A model generated the notes under the pieces. The model saw only the letters and a program-made list of their open reading frames with translations. It was not told the origin of the DNA and did not search any database. This document shows positions 40,103 to 52,816 of a DNA stretch of 64,000 nucleotides, piece after piece. The DNA is from Octopus sinensis (lineage: Eukaryota). The stretch covers positions 33,852,001 to 33,916,000 of the forward strand of contig NC_043007.1 in assembly GCF_006345805.1 (NCBI RefSeq). Reading direction: 5' to 3'. Both the position numbers and the translations under genes were made by a program. How positions within the stretch are numbered: position 1 is the stretch's first letter; each line of letters opens with the position of its first letter.

Positions 40103-40104
<2 letters not shown>
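39988..40104 (-). mobile_element. 3' fragment of SINE family B, tail type 2
   Basis: Matches 28773-28890. Confidence 0.85.
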
Positions 40105-40148
<44 letters not shown>

Positions 40149-40240
40149 GATTGATTGATTGATTGATTGATTCTAGTTTCAGCTTATGAGCTGTGGCCAT
40201 GCTGGGGCACCGCCATTTGGTGTTGCTACTTGGTTTCACT

Positions 40241-41803
40241 TCACGAAAGCTTTCTAGCAACTGCCATTTGGTGCATGCGAGAGTTCGATGCAGCTGCCCT
40301 CATCTGCCCCTCCTGCCGTGAAGTTGGTTCATCTGGGACACCTGACAGGAAGAGATCCAGCTTCATTTTAAAGACATCTGCATCCACCCCATGCAGGTCT
40401 CTCAGGTTCTTCTGGAGGATATTGAAGAGCTGTGGGCCTCGGAAGCCCAGGCTATCACAGAATCTTGTCCTACATCTTGATGGCAAGTTTGGAGTCCTAG
40501 GCACCACGCAGTGGCGCCCAGTTCTGGCATTTGCGTAACTCTCGATGCCAAAGTTCAGGACACGTCCCTCCAGGATCTTCCAGATGTATATTATGGCATA
40601 TCTTTCCCGCCTACGCTCCAGGGAATATAGTTTTAACCTCTTGAGTCTTTCCCAGTAGCTTACATTCTGCATAGAGGCTATCTTCTTCGTGTAGCTACGT
40701 TGGATCGCCTCGAGCTCTGTGATCAACTTGACACTGGATGGTGACCATAACTGAGAGCAGTAGTCAAAGTGGCTTAGGACAAGTGTCCTCCAGAGGATCA
40801 TCATGGCTTCTTGTTCTCTTGTTCTAAAGGTTCTGAGGATCCATCCGGCCAGTCGTCTACATTTCATTGCCAATTTAGCAACATGTACACGAAAGGTCGC
40901 GTCATCACTCATGTAAATACCTAGGTCACGCACTGATTGTGCCTCTGGGATTGCTATTCCTCCGGGTCCAGTGTATTCATTGGGTATTGCATTTAGTTTT
41001 GCATGCTGATCGTATAGAGCTTGAAACTTTTCAGCATTGAACTGCATGCTATTCTTTTCGGCCCACTTGTATATTTTGTCCAGCTCACATTGCAGGTGTT
41101 TAGTGTCCTCAGGGTTCTGTATTGCCTGTGAAACTTTTGTATCATCTGCATAACTTGTGATCGTGGCTCTCTGCGTGGCTGAGGGCATGTCTGAGAGGGC
41201 CATTATGAACAGTAGTGGTCCCAGAACACCGCTCACTATTTGCGTGTTAATGGAAGTGGCCCCATTGGCTACCACCACCTGACTTCTATCTTTCAGAAAG
41301 TCATGAAGCCATTCCCCCAGTTTTCCAACTATGTTGAGATCACGCAGTTTGTGACATATCATTCCATGATCGACTCCATCAAAGGCCTTTGCAAAGTCGA
41401 GATATATCACTTCCACATTTGAGTGGTTGAGCAGCCGTTTCAGCACCCAGTCATAGTCTTGTAGGAGCTGAGTTAAACAGCTTCTCCCTGGTCGGAAACC
41501 ATGTTGGGTGTCGGGCAGCAAGTCATTCTCTTCAAGGAAGGTGATCAGCTTCCTTCTGACTATTCGTTCCATGACCTTACTGATGTGTGAGGTCAGAGAG
41601 ATAGGTCTATAGTTCTTGGCTTCCGCTCTGCTACCTCCTTTATGAATGGGGCATATTTTACCTTCCTTCAGTTTTCTTGGAAGTTTGCCAGCTGCAAGGA
41701 AGCTCTGAAAGAGGAACTGCAGTGGTCTTGCTAGGACTCTCTTACATGCTTTTAGGAGGATTGCCGGGAATCCATCGGGGCCAGTAGCTGAGTCTGTTTT
41801 CAT
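40241..41803 (-). pseudogene. LINE ORF2 reverse transcriptase and C-terminal domain (CR1-like)
   Basis: YRPISLTSHISKVMER, QHGFRPGRSC, YLDFAKAFD, YADDTK, RDLG, YWERLKRLKLYSLERRRER. The PQG motif is lost (SGVLGPLLF, about 5 codons deleted), and this part is frameshifted from the EN part. Confidence 0.95.
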
Positions 41804-41871
41804 TTCATCTATAGCCTTGATTACATCGTCTTCCTTTATATCGATGTAATCTATCGTCGCCGCCTCTGATT

Positions 41872-43221
41872 TTATATCTGCAGTGGTAAAAATGTCAGTT
41901 GGATTGGTGATTTGGAGATGCCCAAGGGGTGGAGTGAAACACTCTTGAATTGCTCATTCAGTATTTCACTTACCCTCATTGGTTTTCCTGTAAGTGTGCC
42001 ATCCTTTTCGAGGAGTGGCCCTATTCTACAGTGCACCGTAGCTGTTTCTTTGGCATACCTGTAGAAAGCTCTGGGGTTAGATTTTATGTTGTCTATAGCC
42101 CAGGCTTCTTTGTCTGCTCTTTCTTTTTCATGGGAGAGTTGCAGACATTTTTCGATTTCCAACAGTTTTATTTTTAGGCGAGACTTTTCACTGCTTTCAA
42201 TCTGTTTGTTTAGGCGATTTGAAAATTTTGTACGCCGTCTCATTAAAATTTTCCTCTCTCTGGGGATTTTGTTCTTGTGTACAGTGGCCTTTCTCTCTGG
42301 GACACATTTGTAGCATATGGCTTGCATTACAGACATGAATTGTTGAAGTTTCACGTCGATGTCTGGCGAGGAGAGACATTTAGGCCAGTTTTGTTTGAGG
42401 ATCTCTTTCTCAATTTGTTTCCAGTTTGCCTTATGGTAGTTCAAGCTGGAAAGATTCTGAGGGTTTCTTGTAGGCTGCATGTCCGTGCTCTCTTTTGGCC
42501 CGTACATGGTCAGCTCTATCATGTTGTGATCCGAGAGTAGTGTCGGTGTCACTTTCACATTATGGATGAGATCCATGTCATTTCTGAAGCAGAGATCCAG
42601 TGTGTTACCTGCCCTGGTTGGTTGGAGTATTACCTGCTCCATGTACAGGGTGTTGATGAGGTTCAGGAGGGACCTCGCCTGTCCTCGTTCACATCTTGTC
42701 ATTCCTGGGAGAGAAAGGCCCTCGGGCCATCTGACATTGGGCAGATTGAAATCTCCCATAAGAAGTACACTTATGTGTTGTTCTAGTGTGGTTAGAACTT
42801 CTTCTATTTTTATAAGGCAGTCTTCAAACTTGCCCACATGGCTTGGGGCATCTGGAGGGCGATATGTAGCACACACAACTACATCAAGTTGCCTAATATG
42901 TACAATTAGTGTGTCACACACCGAGTTTGAGTATGACAAGAGGACCTGGGGTGTGAGGTCCTCACGGATGTACATGGCAACACCTCCATGACTCCTTTCT
43001 TTCCTGTCGGTCCGTAGTACAGCATACTGTGGTATGTGTAACTCCGCATCTGCTATGTCCGGTTTCAGGTGCGTTTCCGTGAGTGCTATGCATAAGGCTT
43101 GATTGCATGCAACAAAGTCTCTCAGGAACGGGATTTTTGTCTTGTTACTGAGTGTTTGCAGTCCTCTGATGTTCAGTAGGAGCATCGAGGTGAGGTGTAC
43201 CTTGTTGCCGGCGGTGTCCAT
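41872..43221 (-). pseudogene. LINE ORF2 apurinic endonuclease and linker
   Basis: LLNIRGL, IALTETHL, GGVAMYI, YRPP, GDFNLP, TLDL, SDHN: all APE catalytic motifs are present. Confidence 0.95.
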
Positions 43222-43568
43222 CCTGGGTCTGTTTGCTGTGGTGGTCTGGTATATAGTGGGTAGTCCCACCTGCGGGCTTGGGTTTGATGAAGCCAGGTCA
43301 GCTGCTGTACAATCTTTTGTGCCATGCACAAAAAAGATTGTTGCTCAGCAGCTGCTCTTTCGACAACATCATGTTGGTGGTTTGTGGCACGCACAACATC
43401 TGCGTACCTCCGCTTTGGGGCAAGTGGTGCGTGGTCCATCCCTTTTCCTTGTGTTGATGGTTTGTCCATCTGCCTCGTGTCTCTGTGGCAGGGTCCCCGA
43501 TGTGCAAAGCGCCAGCCTGCACCTTCCTTCCCATGCCAGCAGGAACCTCTCAGGTAGAACCTACACAC
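43173..43568 (-). pseudogene. LINE ORF1 C-terminal part with CCCH-type zinc finger (frameshifted)
   Basis: CRFYLRGSCWHGKEGAG(W)RFAH = C-x7-C-x8-[C>W]-x3-H. The reading frame overlaps the ORF2 start. Confidence 0.65.
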
Positions 43569-43649
43569 CCGTGTGCGCTGTTTGTTTCCATCTTTTGCGG
43601 TTCCACTTCTATTCCTGGTTTTTTCACCCTTTGGTCCTGCTTGAGCTTT

Positions 43650-44078
43650 TCATTTAGCTCTTCCAGTCCTTCTTTTAGTTCTTCCTCCTCCCTCTACCTC
43701 TTCACCGGGTTCTCCGTCTCCATGGCCCTTGCTGCCGGTTGGAGAACTTGCACCTGGGTTCACTTCCCGGGCAGGTTTCTCATTCAAAACCTCCTCCCGG
43801 GCGTCCACCAGGTGGGGGTGACTTCTTTCATCGTCTCCATTCTTGCCATCTTTGCCCCGCTCGTTCTCAAAGATGGCATCAAGTGCGCCAATGTGCGACC
43901 GTATAAGCGCATATGAGCGCACGAATTCCCGTCTCTTTCGCTCCATCTGAGCCGCTGTCCTCTTGTAGCCTTTGTTCTTCAGCGCAGCCGCAATCACCTC
44001 GCTAGGGCTATCTCCGTCGGCGCACTTCCAGGCTCGTACGAATAAATCTAGTTCGTCAGGTCTCCATGCTCTGGACAT
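43650..44078 (-). pseudogene. LINE ORF1 N-terminal part with Myb/SANT-like (trihelix, Myb_DNA-bind_4-like) domain
   Basis: RAWRPDELDLFVRAW...EVIAAALKNKGYKRTAAQMERKRREFVRSY fits W-x3-E-x2-L...IA-x2-L-x3-GYxRT-x2-Q-x3-K-x3-[LF]-x3-Y. An acidic coiled-coil-like stretch follows in a shifted frame (EEEELKEGLEELNEKLKQ). Confidence 0.7.
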
Positions 44079-44112
44079 GCTGGATAATCTGTCTATTTGT
44101 TTATCTATCTAA

Positions 44113-44924
44113 CTATGTTCGAGAGAAGACAAGAAGATATTAAGGCTAATTAGAAGATAGAGTATTTGAAAAAAATATTAACAATATTAAAGTTTGTGGG
44201 TAAAAACGTTATTTAATCTTAAGGCTAATTAGGAGATAGAGTATCTGAGAATATATTAGCAATATTAATATTATATTAGAGTGTGGGTAAAAACGTTATT
44301 TAATCTTAAGGCTAATTAGAAGATAGAGTATTCAAAAATATATTAAAGTGTGGGTAAAAATGTTAAAGTGTGGGTAAAAACGTTATTTATTTAATCTTGA
44401 GGCTAATTAGAGGATAGAGTATTATTAATATTAACAATATTAAAGTTTGTGGGTAAAAATGTTATTTAATCTTAAGGCTAATTAGAGTGTCTGAAAATAT
44501 GTTAACAATATTAATATTATATTAAAGTGTGGGTAAAAACGTTATTTAATCTTAAGGCTAATTAGAAGATAGAGTATTCAAAAATATATTAAAGTGTGGG
44601 TGAAAATGTTAAAGTGTGGGTAAAAACGTTATTTAATCTTAAGGCTAATTAGAGGATAGAGTATCTGAAAATATATTAACAAATATTTAGAATGTGGGTA
44701 AAAAGGCTAATTAGAAGATATTAAAGTGTGGGTAAAAAATTAGAAGATATTAAAGTGTGGGTAAAAACGTTGTTTATTCTTAAGGCTAATTAGAAGATAG
44801 AGTATCTGAAAAATTATTAACAATGTTAAACAATATTAAACAATATTAATCGTTATTTAATCTTAAGGCTAATTAGAAGATAGAGTATCTGAAAGAGGAG
44901 AGATGAGAAAGAGAGGAAAGATTA
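44113..44924. repeat. AT-rich tandem array, ~10 monomers of ~63-96 bp, upstream of ORF1 (presumed LINE 5' UTR)
   Basis: GGCTAATTAG recurs about 10x and GTGGGTRAAA about 11x. The array is bounded by TTTATCTATCTAA (44100-44112, 44925-44937). Confidence 0.9.
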
Positions 44925-45353
44925 TTTATCTATCTAAAGTTCGTGAAAGTTCACGTCCATGCATATATACGCATACATATATACATACACGCACACACAC
45001 ATACATACACGTGCACACACATACCCACACACATATACACAGACGGGGAGAGAAGGAAGGTGGAAAAAAAGAAAATGAGTGAAAATTATTAAAATATATA
45101 TATTAAAGTGTGAAGAAAGGGTTATTTAATTCTGAAGCCAATTTCTGCCTTCGAGAACAGATATGAGATGTAAACAAACCAAAATGGCGATCGTAACTTT
45201 AACGGAGATGTGGGCTTAAGTTAAGGGGGATAAAATAGATAATAAACAAAATATGAATAGAAGATGAAGTGATACTTAATCCACGTGTAGTCTGGATTTT
45301 TTGTGGTTTACGGATTGTTTTCCAGGAGATATGCTTCTTTTTCCTTCTTGCAG

Positions 45354-45368
45354 GAGATACTTGATTCA
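45354..45368 (+). CDS. candidate 15-nt microexon (EILDS, phase 0-0)
   Basis: TTCTTTTTCCTTCTTGCAG|GAGATACTTGATTCA|GTGAGT: strong acceptor and donor. No expression evidence. Confidence 0.2.
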
Positions 45369-45865
45369 GTGAGTCAGTGATTTTTTTCCACCATGTGCGT
45401 TTTCGGCGAAAATGAAAATTACTGTATATATGTATATATATATATATATATATTTATATATTTTTTAAACCAAAGTGTTGTAATGATCTCTATGACTTAG
45501 AGTTTTACGTTTTGCTACTACAGTGGGTTATTTCGCCGATCTATGCAAACTTTTTCACAGAGCAGAGGCAATCACGTCTCTCTCTGCTGAAAACGGAACA
45601 TACATTCGAGGTTCAATTAGCCAGGAGTTTATCTCCTCCGCTCCCTAAATTTGGATTTTTATTTCCATACACAGGAACCTCAGCTGCTAAACATGAACAA
45701 TAAAATAACTTTTTTCAACTTATCGAACTTCAATATGGGAAAAACTTACAACCTTCTGCGCCAATGAAACACTATTGTTCCTGAAAGTTGGTCTTGATAC
45801 CTTCTACTGATTGATCGAACCCTATTAACTTCCTACACCAAGATCTTTGGATCTACACTCTTTAC

Positions 45866-46233
45866 TCACTTTTTCCTCTTTTACTTGTCTTAGTCATTTG
45901 ACTGTGGCCATGCTGGAGCACCGCCTTTAGTCGAGCAAATCGACCTCAGAACTTATTCTTTGTAAGCCTAGTAAATTCTATCAGTAAATTCTATCAGTAA
46001 ATTTTTGCCGAACCGCTAAGTTACGAGGACGTAAACACACCAGCATCGGTTGTCAAGCGATGTTGGGGGGACAAACACAGACACACAAACATATATACAC
46101 ACACATACATATATATTATATATATATATATGCATATATACGACGGGCTTCTTTCAGTTTCCGTCTACCAAATCCACTCATAAGGCTTTGGTCGGCCCGA
46201 GGCTATAGTAGAAGACACTTGCCCCAGGTGCCA
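45866..46233 (-). mobile_element. SINE family A, 5'-truncated
   Basis: Homology to other copies. Confidence 0.85.
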
Positions 46234-47466
46234 CACTTTACTTATTGCAAACATAAATACACTTTATATGTATCAAATTCCTTCACGAAGCATTTTTTGG
46301 GTTCAGGATATTAGACGTTGCTTATCCAATTGCCGCACAGTAGAGACTGAACTCCAAAACAGCATCTTAACCTCACTGCGATGCCATCGCCATGTAGACG
46401 CCCATTTGAAAGTTCGTTTCTGTTTAACTAGATTTAACTGCTTAGGCAGACCCCGCCCTGTGATGAAACAAAACTTCCCGTCTTAATAATCTACCAACGT
46501 ATCGTCGCTGCATCATTAAATTGCCACCATGCAAATGATCTAGAATTATTCCTTATTCCAACATGAAGCATGACAGCCTAATTGATACATCAACCATACC
46601 AGTTGAAACTTCTTCATTGGGAACTTTCGTTATATATTATTTACAAGACACAATTAAGAGAAGATGTCAGCAAAATAGAAGTGAACTATCGCTCATATAT
46701 CAAGTCTGTTGACATTTATGATTTTAGAAATACTTAAAACGCAATTTTATATTTGCTTTTCCGTTTTGGAAACACCCCTGAAGGTATATGCTATTTTGAG
46801 AAGAACTCAAGAAACATATATAATGTAGAAACTAAATAAGCTTCTTCAATAAGTCATTTTCTGTCAAGAAAATGGGTTTTTCGAAGTAAAATTCGACGAA
46901 GAAACATAAATATAATATATAATTACGTTTAGGTTAGTTAAAATAAGTTTGCTATATATTTCAACCGCTGAAAGGCAAATCTACTGCAGGTACTGTGTAG
47001 AAAATTTTCCCTTGTGGTAAAAACTGTAAAAACACCGAATCAATCCATTGTGGCTATCTTTCAGGATTCCCAGACATCGATGTTTCTAGCTCCTTAGCCG
47101 TTATCAATGGGAAATACCTAGGAGTGACAAATCTGGACAGACATTATTAGAGCTATAGTTTTAATTAAAATAGTCAACAACATTGACTGATTTGTGCCAG
47201 TAGACCGCCAAAGCGTGAAAATTACAGTAATACTAATATAATAACTTATAAATGTTGATATAATAACGTTACAGACGCATGCGTAACTATGTGTTCAAGA
47301 ATTTCGTTCAAAACCAAGGAATCCGCGTGCTGTTATATGGAACGGCCCCTTGAGAAAAGGATTTCTTATATTCTATCACTATCTATTTGTTAGAATCTGA
47401 CTTTGAAAAAAACGTTACATATCTATTTATCTAATTATCTGTCTGTCTGCATATCTATCTATCTAG

Positions 47467-47542
<76 letters not shown>

Positions 47543-48042
47543 TTATCTATCTGCTCCGGTATCTCATCGGTTATTTGGTGAGAGAAATTGACATTGACCT
47601 AATTTCTCTCACCAAATAGTAGTAATTGGAATTTTGTTAGTGGCAACAACTGTCTTCAACATGAATTCCTTTTATGGTATTCTGAAACCTCCTTTACCCC
47701 ATTCCTACAATTAAAAAATCTTTATTACTTCTAACCTTATAGCAGTTTAGGAACAGCCATATCTTGGTCAGCCAGTGGTTGGACTTCACTACCTCAGATG
47801 TTCTTAACATTTAAATACACATCTTTGTCTGTATATCTACCTTCCAATAATGTAATGTTGAAACTTAATTAATGGAAAACCTCTATAATTGGCTGATGAG
47901 TACTCAGCATCTTAAATCGTTGTAATACTTCCAACATTTAATAAAATGATGTAGTTGCGAAACATTGTACCAAATTACCGGAGTCCATTCTTGTTGCTTA
48001 TTTTGAGTATATATATATATATATATATATATATTAATAGTC

Positions 48043-48358
48043 AGTCAGTCATCACGTCAAATAGCTGTTCTGTGTTTCTAGTAGTTTAACCCCAAGCAGA
48101 TTCTCCACCAGCTGGTTACCGGTGTGACTCTGAAACCTTTATATGTAATATATTGTCAGCATGGGGAGTGAACCCCTACCATGCTGTAGCAGGTACCAAG
48201 TAACAGTCTTCTAGAAGGTGGTATGGGTTTACTCCCCCTGCTAACAATATATTGCATATAGAGGGTACAGAGTCGCGTCGATAACCAGCTGGCGGAGAAT
48301 ATGCCTGGGGTTAAATTAGTAGTAACACGAAACAGCTAGTTTGATGTGGTGACTGACT
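48043..48358. mobile_element. old fold-back element (~140-bp arms, roughly 80% identity)
   Basis: AGTCAGTCATCACGTCAAATAGCTG...CCAGCTGGTTA...GGGGAGTGAACCC is mirrored at about 48220-48358. Confidence 0.75.
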
Positions 48359-48418
48359 TTACTTTTTAGTATAGTTACTATTCAATCTCTTCTTGAGATT
48401 TAACAACCAGCTATTTTG

Positions 48419-48471
<53 letters not shown>

Positions 48472-50118
48472 TGTGTGTGTGTGTGGTGTGTGTTGTTATA
48501 TATGAAGAGATTTGTAATCGCTCCCAACTTGTAAATATGTACGCTTTTATATGCGCATGCATGTCTATGTACATGTGTGTGTGTGCGTGCGTGTGCCTGT
48601 GTGTGTGTATGTGTGTGTGTGTGTGTGAGTGTGAGTTTGTGTGTGTATGTGTGTGTGTATGTGTGTGTGTATGTGTGTTGTGTGTGTGTGTGTGTGTGTG
48701 TGCCTGTGTGTGTGTATGTGTGTGTGTGTGTGTGTGGTGTGTGTGTGTGTGATGTGAAGAGATTTGTAATCGCTCTCAACTTATAAATATGTAAGCTTTT
48801 ATATGCGCATGCATGTCTATGTACATGTGTGTGTGTGCGTACATGTGCCTGTGTGTGTGTGTGTGTACCCCCATGCGAGCGTGTGCGCTTGTAGACCAGA
48901 TTATAAAACGCAACGATACGTCGATAATTCTAAAGTCAAAGTATGCCTATCGTCTTGACCGACCACAGGTTATTAAGTAGTACATTACAAAGACAAGGAA
49001 AAAATTTCATCCTGAAATCTGGCGTTTCTATGTTTAGATACCTGCCATGTGTTTAACCTATTCAAAGATACTCGATGTGAGTCAAGAAGATTTCACTGCG
49101 TAAATTAGTTAATGAAATCCAGTGTTAGTGCATATACGTGATTTTCTTTCGGAGTCCTCCGGGAAATCAGTCAAAGAAATACGCAGATGCATACACAAAG
49201 ACACACACATATACGCATATACATACGTATACATACATGTATGTATTTATTTATTGATATATGTGCATATATAGTAATGTATATATGTGTGCATGTATGT
49301 TTCTGTATGTGCATGTATACGTGTCTAAACATACTCCTATATCTATATATATATGTGTGTATGTATATATATGAGTATGTATATATATAAATATGTATAT
49401 ATATATATATGTATATATAAATATATATGTATATATATATGTATGTATATATGTATATATATACGTATATATATATGCACACATACATATATATAGTATA
49501 TATATATATGCACGTATTTATATATATATAGTATATACATATGCACATATATATATAGTATATATATATATATACATATATGTATGTATGCATATATACA
49601 TATATATATAGTATATATATATATATGTATGTATGCATATATATATATATATATAGTGTATTATATAGTATATATATATGTATGTATGCATATATATATA
49701 TACTATATATATATAAGTATGTATGCATATATACATATATATAAACACACACACATATATACATACACACATAATTCAAAAACAAAAACAGGAGAGATTA
49801 TTGATAACATATTCTGTGACAGCTTCTTACGTACGTGTCATGAACAAACAATGAGTATTGGTCGTATAATTCAAACTATATAGACAAATTGCATTATCAA
49901 ATCTTCAGAGACGCCGTACGTTCATTCGCAACATTCGAGATTAGTGACAGCATTGCCACCAAGGGTTTAGTAAGCATATTTGTTAAATTGGGTTGCAGAG
50001 TTTGTTTCTATTTACTATTAGATAGGAAAAAGCCCCGTAAAAATATGGGATGCGAAGGTAGAAGAGACATTAAAGTATTACCAGAAAGACAGTAATAAGT
50101 CCGTATATAACTAAAGGA

Positions 50119-50151
<33 letters not shown>

Positions 50152-50306
50152 GTGAAATAGAAAGATGAATAATCTTGTAGTAGATAATCAAAAGTTTAAC
50201 CGATACCTTGGTAGCAAAAATCACAGCAGTAACAGCACGGTTGGAGGTACAACCATATGGGTTGCAACCGTGCGTTGGTGCGGATAATTGAAATTAAAAT
50301 ATTATT

Positions 50307-50704
50307 GGTGAATTGAATAAATGGAGCTGAACGCAGATTGAACAGAAATCGTTTTATTTTCATTCTACACATGTTTTTCGAAGGCACAATTTACCAAATC
50401 CGATTGCATAATGGGACCATATTGTGTCTTTCTCTTCAGGAAAAAATAGGAAATCCGTTGAAAAACAAAACAGAACAGAGCGGAGCAAAAACAAATCGAA
50501 CTAGAGCCTAGTTCGATTTGTTTTTGCTCCGCCTCTGTTCTGTTTTGTTTTTTCCAACGGATTTCTATTTCTTCCTGAAGAGAAAGACACAATATGGTCC
50601 CATTATTCAATCGATTTTGGTAAATTGTGCCTTTCGAAACACGTGTAGAATGAATAAAACGATTTCTGTTCAATCTGCGTTCAGCTCCATTTCTTCAATT
50701 CACC
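50307..50704. mobile_element. ~400-bp palindromic fold-back element (3-nt loop)
   Basis: Arms of about 200 bp centred on CTAG-AGC-CTAG (50501-50511); roughly 90% complementary. Confidence 0.9.
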
Positions 50705-50736
50705 CTATATATATATATATATATATACACACACAT

Positions 50737-51015
50737 GGAGGCGCAATGCCCAGTGGTTAGAGCAGTGGTTTCGATTCCCACCCGGGCGTTGTGAGTGTTT
50801 ATTGAGCGAAAACACCTAAAAGTTCCAGGAGGCTCCAGCAGGGTGGTGGTGGCGATCCCTGCTGTACTCTTTCGCCACAACTTTCTCTCACTCCTTCTTC
50901 TGTTGGCCTGCTCGTTTAGCCAGCATGATGGCGTCATTTGAAGGCTAAAACAATGCGGAGCGCATTGTGACCACCGATGTGTAGCAATATCTGATTGCCT
51001 GGTCGGTCACGGTGA
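50737..51015 (+). mobile_element. SINE family B, tail type 2 (deletion in tRNA head)
   Basis: Homology to 7229-7540. Confidence 0.85.
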
Positions 51016-51928
51016 TATATATATATATATATCATGCATACATTTATGAATACATTTTTTTTTTTTGGGGGGGGGGCTGGTTGCGGGTGTGAGTGTGTGT
51101 GTATTTGCGTGCATGCGTGTATATGTGTTCATTTATGTGAGATAAACAGTAATTACATTATTCAAACTGCGGTTTCATTCTCTTGAACCTTCCGTCAGTG
51201 CTACATGTACGAATATTCAAAAGTAGAAGGTATGACATAGCGCATTTTCAGGCGCAGATTGTCATAGGCTGTTCATGTATCAGCAGAATGGAAATTGAGA
51301 TCCTGAAGAAATAGTTTGGCGGCAAATTTAGATTAGTTCGTCTACTTTTAAGATATGCAATGGCTGACAAACGATGCGGACATTCTTTTGGATACAGTTT
51401 CGTAAGATTTTGTTCTGAGCTCAAAATACTTCAACCAAATCTGTCAAAAAATCAGCCTTCAAGAATATCACTTGATATCAACTTATGGATTGTATTTTTA
51501 AAATCCCGCGATCTTTCTTCTATATTTATTTACACACACACACGAACGCCCCCCACATGCACTGCGAAGCTGTCTGCCTCTCGCTCTAAATAGTAACTGC
51601 TTGAATATATCTGTGTGTGATGGGGGGTCGTGTGTGTGTATATATATATATGTATGTATATATATGTATACATATTATGTATATGAATCTATATATATAT
51701 ATATATATGTATGAATATATATGTATATGTATGAATATATATGTACATATATGTATATATATATTTATATATGTGTGTATATATATACATGTATATATAT
51801 GTACATGTATATACATATATACATGTATATATATATACATACATACATATTTTACGCATATATATATGCTGTTATTTATTAATATATAATATTCTTATAT
51901 ATATTATATCTAGATCTATATCTATCAA

Positions 51929-51993
<65 letters not shown>

Positions 51994-52694
51994 TCGGTTC
52001 TGATTCTGCTGCAATGTGTGGAAATACGTGTTTGCGTGTGTAAAATGTAAATGCACGTTCAGATAGCTATAAATACATAAGTACATGCATATATGCATAT
52101 ATTCATACATACACACACACACACACATATAGATATATATATTTATATATATACATATGCATATATATATATTCTCATATTGCCCTATATCATTCTTCAT
52201 ACACTCACTTTTTCCGCCATTTTCCTCGGTTTACTGGCACGTTTATATTTTACAATTCCTTTCACCACTTGTGGTGTTATATCTATATTTTTTAGTTTCT
52301 GTCCTATTTGTTAGGTATCTTTTATTTTATTTTATTTCTATTCTATAATGATTGCCTTCCATTGTACATTTTACTTTCGTTCTATATATTTCGCTTATGT
52401 GTTCTGGTATTTCATTGATTCGAACGTTTGATTTTATCTGATGTATGAATATCTTTATTTTCCGCACAAATGTGTTTGTATGTGGTTGCGTGTATGTGTG
52501 TACATATGTATGTATGTGTCTCTGTGTTTGCATGTCTCTCCCCCTAAGTATATAATACACACACACAATATATATATATATATATATATGTGTATTATAT
52601 AGTCAGAGAGACATGAAAACACAAACACACTTATATATATATATATGGTATATGGGTGCGTGTTGTGTGTGTACCTGACTATGTGTGCGTGTGT

Positions 52695-52731
<37 letters not shown>

Positions 52732-52816
52732 TATAATATAATAAATATTAGGGAATAAATCCAAGCTTACAGGAAAAATCAGTTCATTGTTTAAAACTCG
52801 CCAAAATATTCTGAAA

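Larger units (their letters stand above)
40148..44960 (-). mobile_element. near-full-length CR1-group LINE (repeat 5' UTR, ORF1, ORF2 EN-RT, short 3' UTR, (AATC)n tail)
   Basis: Contiguous domains in canonical order on the minus strand. Tail (TGAT)n on the plus strand at 40148-40172. The 5' boundary is approximate. Confidence 0.9.

Noticed and set aside
46950-47150. Apparent 75-nt intron joining FQPLKGKSTAG to FPDIDVSSSLAVINGKYLGVTNLDRHY*
   Set aside because: The upstream part has a nearby in-frame stop and no good acceptor; the peptide is not recognised.
49043-49096. Minus-strand segment of about 54 nt with good acceptor and donor
   Set aside because: Stops in all three frames.
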